Positions 18,713-28,496 of a stretch of DNA of 38,729 nucleotides are shown here, piece after piece; position 1 is the stretch's first letter, and the number at the start of each line of letters is the position of its first letter. Origin of the DNA: Shigella phage ESh10. Below the pieces are notes generated by a model that saw only the letters and a list, made by a program, of their open reading frames with translations, made no database searches and was not told where the DNA came from. The DNA is taken from sequence record ON528723; one strand, given 5' to 3'. The position numbers and the translations under genes are program-made.

Positions 18713-21118
18713 ATGGCTCTCATTAGTCAATCAATCAAGAACCTCAAGGGTGGTATCAGCCAACAGCCAGATATTCTCCGGTTCGCTGAACAAGGTAGCG
18801 TGCAGATTAACGGTTGGTCTTCTGAGTCAGAGGGTCTCCAGAAGCGCCCACCAATGATTCACCTTAAGACCCTTGGCCCTGCTGGGTATGTGGGTGCGCA
18901 ACCTTACGTGCATCTTATCAACCGTGATGAGTTCGAGCAGTATTTTGTTGTGTTCACTGGTGAAGACATTAAGGTATTCGACCTCGACGGTAAGGAGTAC
19001 AAAGTACGTGGAGACCGCTCTTATGTGCGCACAGCTAACCCACGGGAAGACCTTCGGATGGTAACGGTGGCTGACTACACCTTTGTGACCAACCGTAAGG
19101 TGGTTGTACAGAGTAATGACCAAGCGGTCAACCTTCCGGGTTTTAAAGACCAAGGCGATGCATTAATCAACGTTCGTGGTGGGCAGTATGGGCGCAGACT
19201 CTCAATCGAGTTCAACGGGGCTGAGCGTGCTGCTGTGCAACTACCAGATGGTTCACAACCAGCACACGTTAACGAGGTGGACGGTCAGGCTATCGCTGAG
19301 AAGCTGGCGGCGCAGTTGAGGAACAACCTTGGGAATCCAAACAACGAGCAAGACCCGAATAAGTGGCGCTTCAACGTTGGCACCGGATTCATCCATATCC
19401 TTGCGCCAAATAACGATAACGTTTGGGGACTACAGACTAAGGATGGTTACGCAGACCAGCTAATCAACCCTGTAACCCATTACACTCAGTCGTTCCAGAA
19501 GCTGCCTATTAACGCGCCAGATGGGTACATTGTGAAGATTGTAGGCGACACCTCAAAGACTGCCGACCAGTATTACGTTAGGTTCGACCTCAACCGTAAG
19601 GTATGGGTAGAAACAATCGGCTGGAACACAAGGACTAACCTGCACTACCACACGATGCCTTGGGCGCTGGTACGTGCTTCTGACGGGAACTTTGACTTCA
19701 AGTACCTTGAGTGGGGTGCTCGTACTGTGGGCGACGATACAACTAACCCATACCCATCGTTTACCGGACAGACAATCAATGATATTTTCTTCTTCCGTAA
19801 CCGTTTGGGGTTCCTTAGCGGAGAGAACATCATCTTGTCTCGCACCTCGAAATACTTCAACTTCTTCCCGGCCTCCGTGTCAAACTACTCCGACGATGAC
19901 CCAATCGACGTTGCGGTTAGTCACAACCGGGTGTCAACCTTGAAGTATGCCGTTCCGTTCTCCGAAGAGTTGCTCCTGTGGTCTGACCAAGCGCAGTTCG
20001 TGCTGACAGCCTCCGGTATCCTTTCGAGTCGCTCCGTAGAGTTGAACCTTACTACTCAGTTTGATGTGCAAGACAGGGCACGCCCACATGGTGTAGGACG
20101 TAATGTATACTTTGCGTCACCTCGCGCTTCCTTCACATCCATTAACCGATACTATGCGGTACAGGATGTAAGCTCTGTGAAGAACGCAGAGGACATGACG
20201 GCTCACGTTCCGAACTACATACCGAATGGGGTATTTAGTATCTCAGGAACAACTGCTGAGAACTTCGCGGCTATCCTTACGAGCGGGGCACCTAACCGAG
20301 TGTATATCTACAAGTTCCTCTACATTGACGAGGAAATCAGGCAGCAGTCGTGGTCTCATTGGGACTTTGGGGACAACGTTACGGTGTTCGCAGCACAGGT
20401 CATAAACTCAACAATGACAGTGTTGATGAGCAACGAACATGCTGTGTGGATTGGGCGCTTATACTTCACGAAGGACTCCATAGACCTTCCGGGAGAACCT
20501 TACAGGTTGTATATCGACGCTAAGAGGAAGTACACCATCCCTGCTGGGACATACAATGATGATACCTACCAGACGTCCATAAGCCTCTCAACGATTTACG
20601 GGATGAACTTCACGAAGGGTAGGGTTTCGGTGGTCTTTCCTGATGGGAAGATTGTAGAGGTAGACCAGCCAATCAACGGTTGGAGCAGTGACCCGGTGTT
20701 ACGACTTGATGGGAACCAAGAGGGACAAGTAGTCTACATTGGGTTCAACATCCCGTTCACTTATACGTTCTCGAAGTTCCTCATCAAGAAGACTGCTGAG
20801 GACGGCTCGACGGCTACCGAGGATATTGGTCGCTTACAACTTCGGCGTGCATGGGTAAACTATGAGGATTCTGGAGCGTTCACCATCCGTGTGAACAACC
20901 TGTCCAGTGAGTTCATCTACACAATGGCTGGTGCTCGCTTGGGTTCTGACAATCTGCGTGTTGGCAGGTCGAACATTGGCACAGGGCAGTACCGCTTCCC
21001 GGTTGTTGGAAACGCTCAGACGAACATAGTAACTATCGAGTCAGACGCATCAACCCCACTGAACATCATTGGGTGCGGCTGGGAGGGTAACTACCTTCGT
21101 CGTTCTTCGGGCATTTAA
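18713..21118 (+). CDS. 12: tail tubular protein B
   Basis: 801 aa; T7 gp12-like. Confidence 0.93.
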   Translation: MALISQSIKNLKGGISQQPDILRFAEQGSVQINGWSSESEGLQKRPPMIHLKTLGPAGYVGAQPYVHLINRDEFEQYFVVFTGEDIKVFDLDGKEYKVRGDRSYVRTANPREDLRMVTVADYTFVTNRKVVVQSNDQAVNLPGFKDQGDALINVRGGQYGRRLSIEFNGAERAAVQLPDGSQPAHVNEVDGQAIAEKLAAQLRNNLGNPNNEQDPNKWRFNVGTGFIHILAPNNDNVWGLQTKDGYADQLINPVTHYTQSFQKLPINAPDGYIVKIVGDTSKTADQYYVRFDLNRKVWVETIGWNTRTNLHYHTMPWALVRASDGNFDFKYLEWGARTVGDDTTNPYPSFTGQTINDIFFFRNRLGFLSGENIILSRTSKYFNFFPASVSNYSDDDPIDVAVSHNRVSTLKYAVPFSEELLLWSDQAQFVLTASGILSSRSVELNLTTQFDVQDRARPHGVGRNVYFASPRASFTSINRYYAVQDVSSVKNAEDMTAHVPNYIPNGVFSISGTTAENFAAILTSGAPNRVYIYKFLYIDEEIRQQSWSHWDFGDNVTVFAAQVINSTMTVLMSNEHAVWIGRLYFTKDSIDLPGEPYRLYIDAKRKYTIPAGTYNDDTYQTSISLSTIYGMNFTKGRVSVVFPDGKIVEVDQPINGWSSDPVLRLDGNQEGQVVYIGFNIPFTYTFSKFLIKKTAEDGSTATEDIGRLQLRRAWVNYEDSGAFTIRVNNLSSEFIYTMAGARLGSDNLRVGRSNIGTGQYRFPVVGNAQTNIVTIESDASTPLNIIGCGWEGNYLRRSSGI

Positions 21119-21138
21119 CTTAAAGTCTCCCTGTGGTG

Positions 21139-21162
21139 AATTAACCCTCACTAAAGGGAGAC
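21139..21162 (+). promoter_or_regulatory. T3-type phage RNAP promoter
   Basis: aattaaccctcactaaagggagac. Confidence 0.8.
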
Positions 21163-21190
21163 ACTAATAGATACGAGGTGTTAAAGCATT

Positions 21191-21601
21191 ATGTACTTTA
21201 CAAAGTGTTTACAAATCCATGCCGACAACTTTCAGCCGTCCATAGAGGACATTCTGGAAGCTGAGGCACTTGGTGTTGAACCAAAGGTAATTCCTGATGA
21301 GAACACTGTGGCAATGCTTAGCGATAACGCTGTGTTGGCAATTGGTGGCAATCAGGGAGACCGAGTGTGGTTCCTTACCTCTAAGTACGTCCCATTGTTT
21401 ACCTTGAAGGAGCGCTTAGAGTTTCGTAGACTCATCATTGAATATCGTGATATGATGCTGAGCCAGTACGAGTCCATTTGGAATTTCGTTTGGGTAGGCA
21501 GTAAGTCACACATTCGTTTCCTAAAGACCATAGGCGCGGTATTCCATAATGAGTTTACCGCTGATGGTCAATTCCAATTATTCACTATCAGTAGGAGGTA
21601 A
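21191..21601 (+). CDS. 13: internal virion protein A
   Basis: 136 aa; slot and size of T7 gp13. Confidence 0.8.
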   Translation: MYFTKCLQIHADNFQPSIEDILEAEALGVEPKVIPDENTVAMLSDNAVLAIGGNQGDRVWFLTSKYVPLFTLKERLEFRRLIIEYRDMMLSQYESIWNFVWVGSKSHIRFLKTIGAVFHNEFTADGQFQLFTISRR

Positions 21602-21603
21602 CT

Positions 21604-22197
21604 ATGTGCTGGATGGCAGCGATTCCTATTTCCATGATGGGTGCCCAAGCTCTAAGTAGCCAGAACAGTGCTGACAAGGCGCGAGTGGCACAGACCGAAG
21701 CTGGACGCAGACAGGCAATGGAGATGGTCAAAGAGATGAATATCCAAAATGCCAACGCCTCGCTGGAACAACGGGACGCCCTTGAAGCTGCATCCTCTGA
21801 GTTGACTACACGTAACATGCAGAAGGTACAGGCTATGGGAACCATCCGTGCAGCTATCGGCGAGGGCATGCTAGAAGGTGAGTCCATGAAGCGCATCAAG
21901 CGTATCGAAGAGGGCAACTACATTCGGGAGGCAAATAGTGTCACCGAGAATTACCGCCGAGACTACGCGAGTATCTTTGCGCAACAGTTGGGACGCACTC
22001 AGTCCACAGCAAGTCAAGTCGATGCAATGTACAAGAGCGAGGCCAAGGGTAAGTCTGGTCTGATGCGTGTACTAGACCCTCTGTCCATTATGGGTCAGGA
22101 AGCTGCAAGTCAATATGCGGCTGGTGGATTTGACAAGAAAGGTGGAAACCAAGCAGCACCTATCAGTGCCGCCAAAGGAACCAAGACCGGGAGGTAA
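21604..22197 (+). CDS. 14: internal virion (core) protein B
   Basis: 197 aa; T7 gp14-like. Confidence 0.85.
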   Translation: MCWMAAIPISMMGAQALSSQNSADKARVAQTEAGRRQAMEMVKEMNIQNANASLEQRDALEAASSELTTRNMQKVQAMGTIRAAIGEGMLEGESMKRIKRIEEGNYIREANSVTENYRRDYASIFAQQLGRTQSTASQVDAMYKSEAKGKSGLMRVLDPLSIMGQEAASQYAAGGFDKKGGNQAAPISAAKGTKTGR

Positions 22198-22199
22198 TA

Positions 22200-24443
22200 A
22201 TGGCTAGTAAACTAAATAGTGTTTTAGGCAACATGGCGACTCCCGGTATGGAACGACTCCGGGGCGTCAAAGGTATGGACTACCGAGCAGCAACCATTCA
22301 GGCTGAACAACCAAGAGCGAGTCTTCTGGACTCCATTGGTCGATTCGCTAAGGCTGGTGCCGATATGTACATGGCGAAAGATGAACGTGATAAGCAACGA
22401 GCCGATGAGCGCTCCAACGAGATTATCCGTAAGCTGACCCCTGAGCAGCGCCGACAGGCTATCCAGAATGGTACACTGCTGTATCAGGATGACCCATACG
22501 CAATGCAAGCCTTGAAGTTCAAGACCGGGCGTAACGCTGCGTTCCTCGTTGACGATGAGGTTCAACAGGCCATCAAAGAGGGTCGCTTCCGTACTCGTGA
22601 AGAGATGGAGCAGTATCGTCACTCACGCCTACAGGAGCACTCGAAGTCGTTCGCTGAGCAGTTCGGCATCAATGAGATGGACGAGGAATACCAGAAGGGT
22701 TTCAATGCGAATATCACCGAGCGTAACATTGCTCTGTATGGGGCACATGATACCTTCCTGAGTGACCAAGCGCAGAAGGGTGCAATCCTGAACTCGAAGG
22801 TTGAACTCAATGGTGTCCTGTCTGACCCTGACCTACTGTCTCGTCCTGAGTCCGGTGAGTTCTTCCAGAACTACATTGACAACTCCTTGGTGACAGGGAT
22901 GACCGACAATCAGGCTCAACAGGTCATCTCTTCGTCCCTGAATGACGTGCTACAGCGTCCTGGTGGTGCCGCCTTCTTGCAGAACATTGAGAACCGCAAG
23001 GTGACTCTTAATGGCGCTACGACTACCTATCGTGAACTGATGGGCGATGAACAGTGGCAGGCCATGATGATTAAGGCACAGCACACTCAATTCCAGAACA
23101 ACGCGAAGTTAACAGAGAAGTTCCGACTGGATATTAACTCAGCGCTTAACCAAGCGGACACTGGTAAAGGTTGGGAGACTCTTCAAGGCATCAAGGCCGA
23201 ACTAGATAAGATTCAGCCGGGTGAAGAGATGACTCCTGAGCGTGAGTGGCTGATTTCCGCACAGGAACAGATGCGCACACGCTTCAAGCAGGAACAGGCT
23301 GAGACAGCCAAGCTGATGGACAAGCAACAGAAGACCCTGAATAAATCTTTGGTCATCGACAAGCAGTTCCAGAAGCGCCTCAATGGTGAATACGTCTCGA
23401 CCAACTATAAGGACATGCCGACCAACGAGAACACTGGTGAGTTTACACATAGCGATATGGTCAACTACGCGAACCAGAAGTTAGCGGAAATCGAAGCGAT
23501 GGACTTAACACCTGAACAGAAAGACAAACTGAAATTGGACTACCTACGGGCAGACTCCAAGGAGGGTGCTTTCCGTGCAGCGTTTGGTGAGATGATTACT
23601 GACGCGGGTAACGAATGGCAGGCTGCGGTGATTAACGGTAAGATGCCTGAGAGCACGCCAGCGATGGACAACCTTCGTCGCATCCGCAACACTGACCCTG
23701 ACCTGATTGCCTCTCTGTATCCTGACAAGGCCGAGTTGTTCCTGACGATGGACATGTTGGATAACCAAGGTATCGACACGCAGGTTCTTATCGACGCTGA
23801 TAAGGCCCGCGCACAGAAGACCAAGGAGATGCAGTTTGAGGATGACCGAGCGTGGGCTGCTATGATGAATGATTCAACGAATCCTCAAATCAAGTACATG
23901 CCTTCGAGTGTCCAAGGGTATGCCCGGAAGATTTATGATTCCGTGAAGTACCGGACAGGGAACCCTGACATGGCAACTGAACAGGTCGCAAAGTTCCTCT
24001 CTGATTCAACGACTACGTTCTCCAGTAGTGATGTTGAGGGTGATACCTATGGTGTCCTGCCGAAGAACATCCTGACTGTTTCGGACGACCCTAAGTCGTG
24101 GGAGCAAGGAAAGAACATTCTGGACGAAGCCATTAAGGGAATCACAGAGGCGAACCCTTGGATTACCAACAAGCAACTTACGGTGTACCAGCAAGGTGAT
24201 TCAATATACCTGATGGACACAACCGGACAGGTTCGCATTCGGTATGACCAAGAGTTGCTCCAGCGTGAGTACCAGCGTACCGCACAGATGCAAGCTGAGG
24301 CAGCACGAGAGAAAGCCCTCAAAGAGGCCAACAAGCGTGCCCCAATCAGCCGTGTATCACAGGCGCGTGAAGAAGCGCGTAAACGTGTCCAAGAGAAACG
24401 GAAGAAGACTCCGAAGTACATCTATGGACGTAAAGAAGACTAA
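22200..24443 (+). CDS. 15: internal virion (core) protein C
   Basis: 747 aa; T7 gp15-like. Confidence 0.9.
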   Translation: MASKLNSVLGNMATPGMERLRGVKGMDYRAATIQAEQPRASLLDSIGRFAKAGADMYMAKDERDKQRADERSNEIIRKLTPEQRRQAIQNGTLLYQDDPYAMQALKFKTGRNAAFLVDDEVQQAIKEGRFRTREEMEQYRHSRLQEHSKSFAEQFGINEMDEEYQKGFNANITERNIALYGAHDTFLSDQAQKGAILNSKVELNGVLSDPDLLSRPESGEFFQNYIDNSLVTGMTDNQAQQVISSSLNDVLQRPGGAAFLQNIENRKVTLNGATTTYRELMGDEQWQAMMIKAQHTQFQNNAKLTEKFRLDINSALNQADTGKGWETLQGIKAELDKIQPGEEMTPEREWLISAQEQMRTRFKQEQAETAKLMDKQQKTLNKSLVIDKQFQKRLNGEYVSTNYKDMPTNENTGEFTHSDMVNYANQKLAEIEAMDLTPEQKDKLKLDYLRADSKEGAFRAAFGEMITDAGNEWQAAVINGKMPESTPAMDNLRRIRNTDPDLIASLYPDKAELFLTMDMLDNQGIDTQVLIDADKARAQKTKEMQFEDDRAWAAMMNDSTNPQIKYMPSSVQGYARKIYDSVKYRTGNPDMATEQVAKFLSDSTTTFSSSDVEGDTYGVLPKNILTVSDDPKSWEQGKNILDEAIKGITEANPWITNKQLTVYQQGDSIYLMDTTGQVRIRYDQELLQREYQRTAQMQAEAAREKALKEANKRAPISRVSQAREEARKRVQEKRKKTPKYIYGRKED

Positions 24444-24461
24444 CAGTGATAAGGAGGCTCC

Positions 24462-27400
24462 ATGAGCTACGATAAGAACAAACCTAGCGAGTTCGATGGG
24501 TTATTTCAAAAAGCGGCAGACAAACATGGGGTCTCCTATGACCTGCTTCGTAAATTAGCATTCAATGAGTCCAGTTTCAATCCAAAGGCCAAATCACCAA
24601 CTGGCCCGAAGGGTCTCATGCAGTTCACCAAGGGTACAGCCACTGCGCTGGGACTCAAGGTCACTGATGCAGACGATGATGACCGCTACAACCCTGAGTT
24701 GGCTGTGGATGCAGCCGCTCGCCACCTGAGTGACCTCATTCGTAAATACGATGGGGACGAACTTAAGGCAGCCCTAGCGTACAACCAAGGCGAGGGAAGA
24801 AATGGTGCCCCTCAGATGCAGGCCTACGACAAAGGTGATTGGGCCTCAATCTCTGAGGAAGGTCGTAACTACATGCGCAACCTGATGGACGTAGCTAATA
24901 GTCCTCGCAAGGGGGACTTGGAGGCGTTCGGCGGTATCACCCCAAAGGCTAAGGGCATTCCATCGGGGGATGCATTTGCGGGAATCGGGAAGAAGCAGAC
25001 GGTAGGAACTGACCTGCCGGAATCAACTGGATTCAAAGTTGAGGGTAAAGAGCAGCAAGCGCCTAACGTGCCTTATGCTAAGGACTTTTGGGAAAAGACT
25101 GGAACAACACTGGACGAGTTTAACTCACGCTCTACCTTCTTCGGAATTGGCGATGCAACAAGTGCGGAGCTTCACAACTCTGTACTTGGAGTTGCTTTCC
25201 GTGCAGCCCGTAGCGACGATGGTTTTGATTTGTTCAAGGACACCATTACGCCTACCCGTTGGAATAGCCATACATGGACTCCAGAAGAGCTAGAGAGAAT
25301 CCGTAAGGAAGTGAAGAACCCATCATACATCAACGTAGTCACCGGAGGCTCTCCTGAGAATCTGGACGCCCTCATTAAGATGGCGAATGACAACTACGAG
25401 ATGGATGCGCGGTCTGCCGATGCTGGTGTTGGGGCCAAACTTACTGCTGGTATCGTCGGCGCTGGTGTAGACCCGCTTAGTTACGTGCCGCTAGTAGGCG
25501 TAGCCGGGAAGGGTCTCAAGGTGGTTAACAGGGCTTTCATTGTGGGTACTCAAAGTGCTGGCCTCGCGGTTGCCTCTGAGGGTATCCGCACATCAATAGC
25601 TGGTGGTGAAGCACACTACGTGGATGCTGCTTTAGGTGGTCTCATGTTCGGTGCTGGTATGAGTGCAATCAGTGACGCTATCGCTGCTGGTGTTCGCCGT
25701 TCCCGTGGGACTGAGGTCGTTAATGACTTCGCTCCTATGGCACACCGCTTGGAAGCCCGTGAGACCGCTCTGAACTCTGGTGGGGAAGACCTGACCCGTA
25801 TGCCTAGCGAGAACCGTGTGTTCGACCGTGAGCACGCTGGCGTTGAGTATTCACCTCTGGAGACCGAGCCGGGTGCCGTTGTGTTGCCTCAAGGTCAAAT
25901 CCTTAGCGACACCAACCCGCTGAACCCTCAGACTCTTAGCGAGTTCGAGGCGGTCAACCCTGAGCGTGCCGCTCGTGGTATCTCTTTGGGTGGTTTCACT
26001 GAGATTGGCTTGAAGACTCTCCGCTCTGAGAACCCGACTGTTCGCTCCATTGCGAGTGACCTTGTGCGTTCTCCAACAGGGATGGAATCAGGCTCTAATG
26101 GTAAGTTCGGTGCGACTGCTTCTGACATTAAGGAGCGGCTCCACGCGAACAATCAGCGCACCTACAATCAGCTTTATGATGCTGTGCGTATTGCAATGAA
26201 AGACCCTGAGTTCTCCACAGGTGGGGCCACAATGAGCCGTAAGGAAATCCGACAGGAAATCTACAAGCGTGCAGCCTTGGCGATTGAGCGGCCTGAGCTT
26301 CAAGCAAACCTGACAAAGGGTGAGCGGAACGTGATGAACATCCTCAAGCAGCACTTTGACCTCAAACGTGAAATCATGGAGAACCCGTCAATCTTCGGCA
26401 ACACCAAGGCGGTCAGTATCTTCCCAGGCTCACGCCACAAGGGAACCTACGTGCCAAACGTGTACGACCGCGCTATCAAGATTGAGATGGTTAAACGCTA
26501 CGGTAATGATGGCTTGCAGCGAGCAATCGCGGAGTCATGGTTGACGTCTTATCGTGCTCGTCCAGAAGTCAAGGCGAGGGTCGATGAGTACCTGATGGAA
26601 CTTAACGGCCTCAAATCCGTGCAGGAAGTTACGCCTGAGATGGTGCAGAAGCACGCGATGGATAAGGCGTATGGTATTTCACACACCGACCAGTTCTCTG
26701 CCTCCTCTGTCATTGATGATAACATTGAGGGTCTGGTGGGTATCGAGAACAACAACTTCTTGGAAGCCCGTAACATGTTCGACAGTGACATGGCGGTGAC
26801 TCTCCCTGATGGTAACACGTTCTCTGTGAATGACCTGCGTACCTATGACATGGCTGAAATTCTGCCTGCATACGACCGACGAGTAGATGGTGATGTTGCA
26901 ATCATGGGTGGTTCCGGTAAGACTACCAAAGACCTGAAAGATGAAATCATGGCGCTGGACAAGCAGTCAGAGGGCAACGGCACATTGAAAGGTGAAGTGG
27001 AAGCCCTCAAGGATACCGTGAAGATTCTAACTGGTCGTGCTCGTAGGAACCCGGAAGGCGCTTGGGGTACAGCCCTGCGCTCCGTTAATGACCTCACGTT
27101 CTTTGCTAAGAACGCCTATATGGGCGCACAGAACGTTACTGAAATCGCTGGTATGCTGGCGAAGGGTAACGTCTCTGCGATAACTCATGGCATCCCTATG
27201 ATTAACGATTGGGTCAACCGTGGTAAACCGCTTCGTGCCTCTGAGATTAAGGAGATACACGGGATGGTGTTCGGTAAGGAACTAGACCAACTAATCCGTC
27301 CGGGGCGTGAAGACCACGTGCGCCGACTCCGGGAGTCTACGGACACCAGCGCTGCGGTTGCCAATGTGGTCGGTACGATTCGTTTCGGCACTCAAGAGTT

Positions 27401-28424
27401 GGCTGCACGCTCTCCTTGGACAATGCTCCTAAACGGAACATCAAACTACATTCTTGATGCTGCCCGTCAGGGTGTGCTTGGGGATGTGGCTGGAGCGGCC
27501 CTTGCTGGGAAAGCCTCTAAGTTCGGTAAGGCAAACTACCTTAAGTCTGCCTCTATCAGCCCTGAGCAGTGGAATGGAATCAAGCAGTTGTTCAGAGACC
27601 ATGCGACTCGTGGAGAAGACGGTAAGTTCACCATTCGTGACAAACAGGCTTTCGCTAACGACCCACGTTCAATGGACTTGTGGCGACTGGCTGATAAGGT
27701 GGCGGATGAGACTATACTGCGCCCTCACAAGGTTTCCTCACAGGACTCCAAAGCGTTCGGTGCAGGGGTGAAGATGGTGATGCAGTTTAAGAACTTCGTC
27801 ATCAAGTCCCTTAACTCCCGGTTCGTCCGTAGCTTCTACGAGGCAACTAAGAACAACCGTGCGTTAGACCAAGCGTTGACTCATATCATCTCCTTGGGTC
27901 TAGCTGGTGGTTACTACGTTGCGCAGGCGCACCTTAAGGCCGCAAGCCTACAGGAGCACAAACGTAAGGAGTACCTTAAGAACGCCCTTGACCCTAAGAT
28001 GATTGCTCATGCATCAATCTCTCGTAGCTCACACTTAGGCTCACCATTGAGTATCTACGATATGTTCGCTGGGATGGTTGGTAGCGATACCTATAAGTAC
28101 ACCCGCTCTACGGTGCTCCCTAAAGAGTCCGAGAAGCGTGACCCTAACAAGGCAGTGACAGGTAGACAGGTGGCTTCGACTATCGCAGGTGCAGTTGGTG
28201 AGCAGGTTCCGGGTTTAGGTTTTGTTGGCTCTGTGGGTGCAACAGCTATTAACGCTGCTTCCCTGCTGTCTTCTCCAAACAAGGCTACCGCTCTGGAGTT
28301 CCGTACAGGACTCTTCAACACCTCTCGTGAGTTGATTCCTAATGACCCGCTATCGCAGCAACTCATTATGAAAATCTACGAGGCCAATGGTATCCGCATA
28401 AAGGAGATTCCGAAGAAACAATAA
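24462..28424 (+). CDS. 16: internal virion (core) protein D with N-terminal lytic transglycosylase domain
   Basis: 1320 aa; N-terminus …LLRKLAFNESSFNPKAKSPTGPKGLMQFT… is a soluble lytic transglycosylase-type motif. Confidence 0.93.
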   Translation: MSYDKNKPSEFDGLFQKAADKHGVSYDLLRKLAFNESSFNPKAKSPTGPKGLMQFTKGTATALGLKVTDADDDDRYNPELAVDAAARHLSDLIRKYDGDELKAALAYNQGEGRNGAPQMQAYDKGDWASISEEGRNYMRNLMDVANSPRKGDLEAFGGITPKAKGIPSGDAFAGIGKKQTVGTDLPESTGFKVEGKEQQAPNVPYAKDFWEKTGTTLDEFNSRSTFFGIGDATSAELHNSVLGVAFRAARSDDGFDLFKDTITPTRWNSHTWTPEELERIRKEVKNPSYINVVTGGSPENLDALIKMANDNYEMDARSADAGVGAKLTAGIVGAGVDPLSYVPLVGVAGKGLKVVNRAFIVGTQSAGLAVASEGIRTSIAGGEAHYVDAALGGLMFGAGMSAISDAIAAGVRRSRGTEVVNDFAPMAHRLEARETALNSGGEDLTRMPSENRVFDREHAGVEYSPLETEPGAVVLPQGQILSDTNPLNPQTLSEFEAVNPERAARGISLGGFTEIGLKTLRSENPTVRSIASDLVRSPTGMESGSNGKFGATASDIKERLHANNQRTYNQLYDAVRIAMKDPEFSTGGATMSRKEIRQEIYKRAALAIERPELQANLTKGERNVMNILKQHFDLKREIMENPSIFGNTKAVSIFPGSRHKGTYVPNVYDRAIKIEMVKRYGNDGLQRAIAESWLTSYRARPEVKARVDEYLMELNGLKSVQEVTPEMVQKHAMDKAYGISHTDQFSASSVIDDNIEGLVGIENNNFLEARNMFDSDMAVTLPDGNTFSVNDLRTYDMAEILPAYDRRVDGDVAIMGGSGKTTKDLKDEIMALDKQSEGNGTLKGEVEALKDTVKILTGRARRNPEGAWGTALRSVNDLTFFAKNAYMGAQNVTEIAGMLAKGNVSAITHGIPMINDWVNRGKPLRASEIKEIHGMVFGKELDQLIRPGREDHVRRLRESTDTSAAVANVVGTIRFGTQELAARSPWTMLLNGTSNYILDAARQGVLGDVAGAALAGKASKFGKANYLKSASISPEQWNGIKQLFRDHATRGEDGKFTIRDKQAFANDPRSMDLWRLADKVADETILRPHKVSSQDSKAFGAGVKMVMQFKNFVIKSLNSRFVRSFYEATKNNRALDQALTHIISLGLAGGYYVAQAHLKAASLQEHKRKEYLKNALDPKMIAHASISRSSHLGSPLSIYDMFAGMVGSDTYKYTRSTVLPKESEKRDPNKAVTGRQVASTIAGAVGEQVPGLGFVGSVGATAINAASLLSSPNKATALEFRTGLFNTSRELIPNDPLSQQLIMKIYEANGIRIKEIPKKQ

Positions 28425-28443
28425 ACCCTCACTAAAGGGAGAG
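28420..28443 (+). promoter_or_regulatory. T3-type phage RNAP promoter
   Basis: aataaaccctcactaaagggagag. Confidence 0.8.
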
Positions 28444-28496
28444 AGGTCACATTCTGGCCTCTTCTCTCCTAATGCTAATTTACAAAAGGAGGTCAC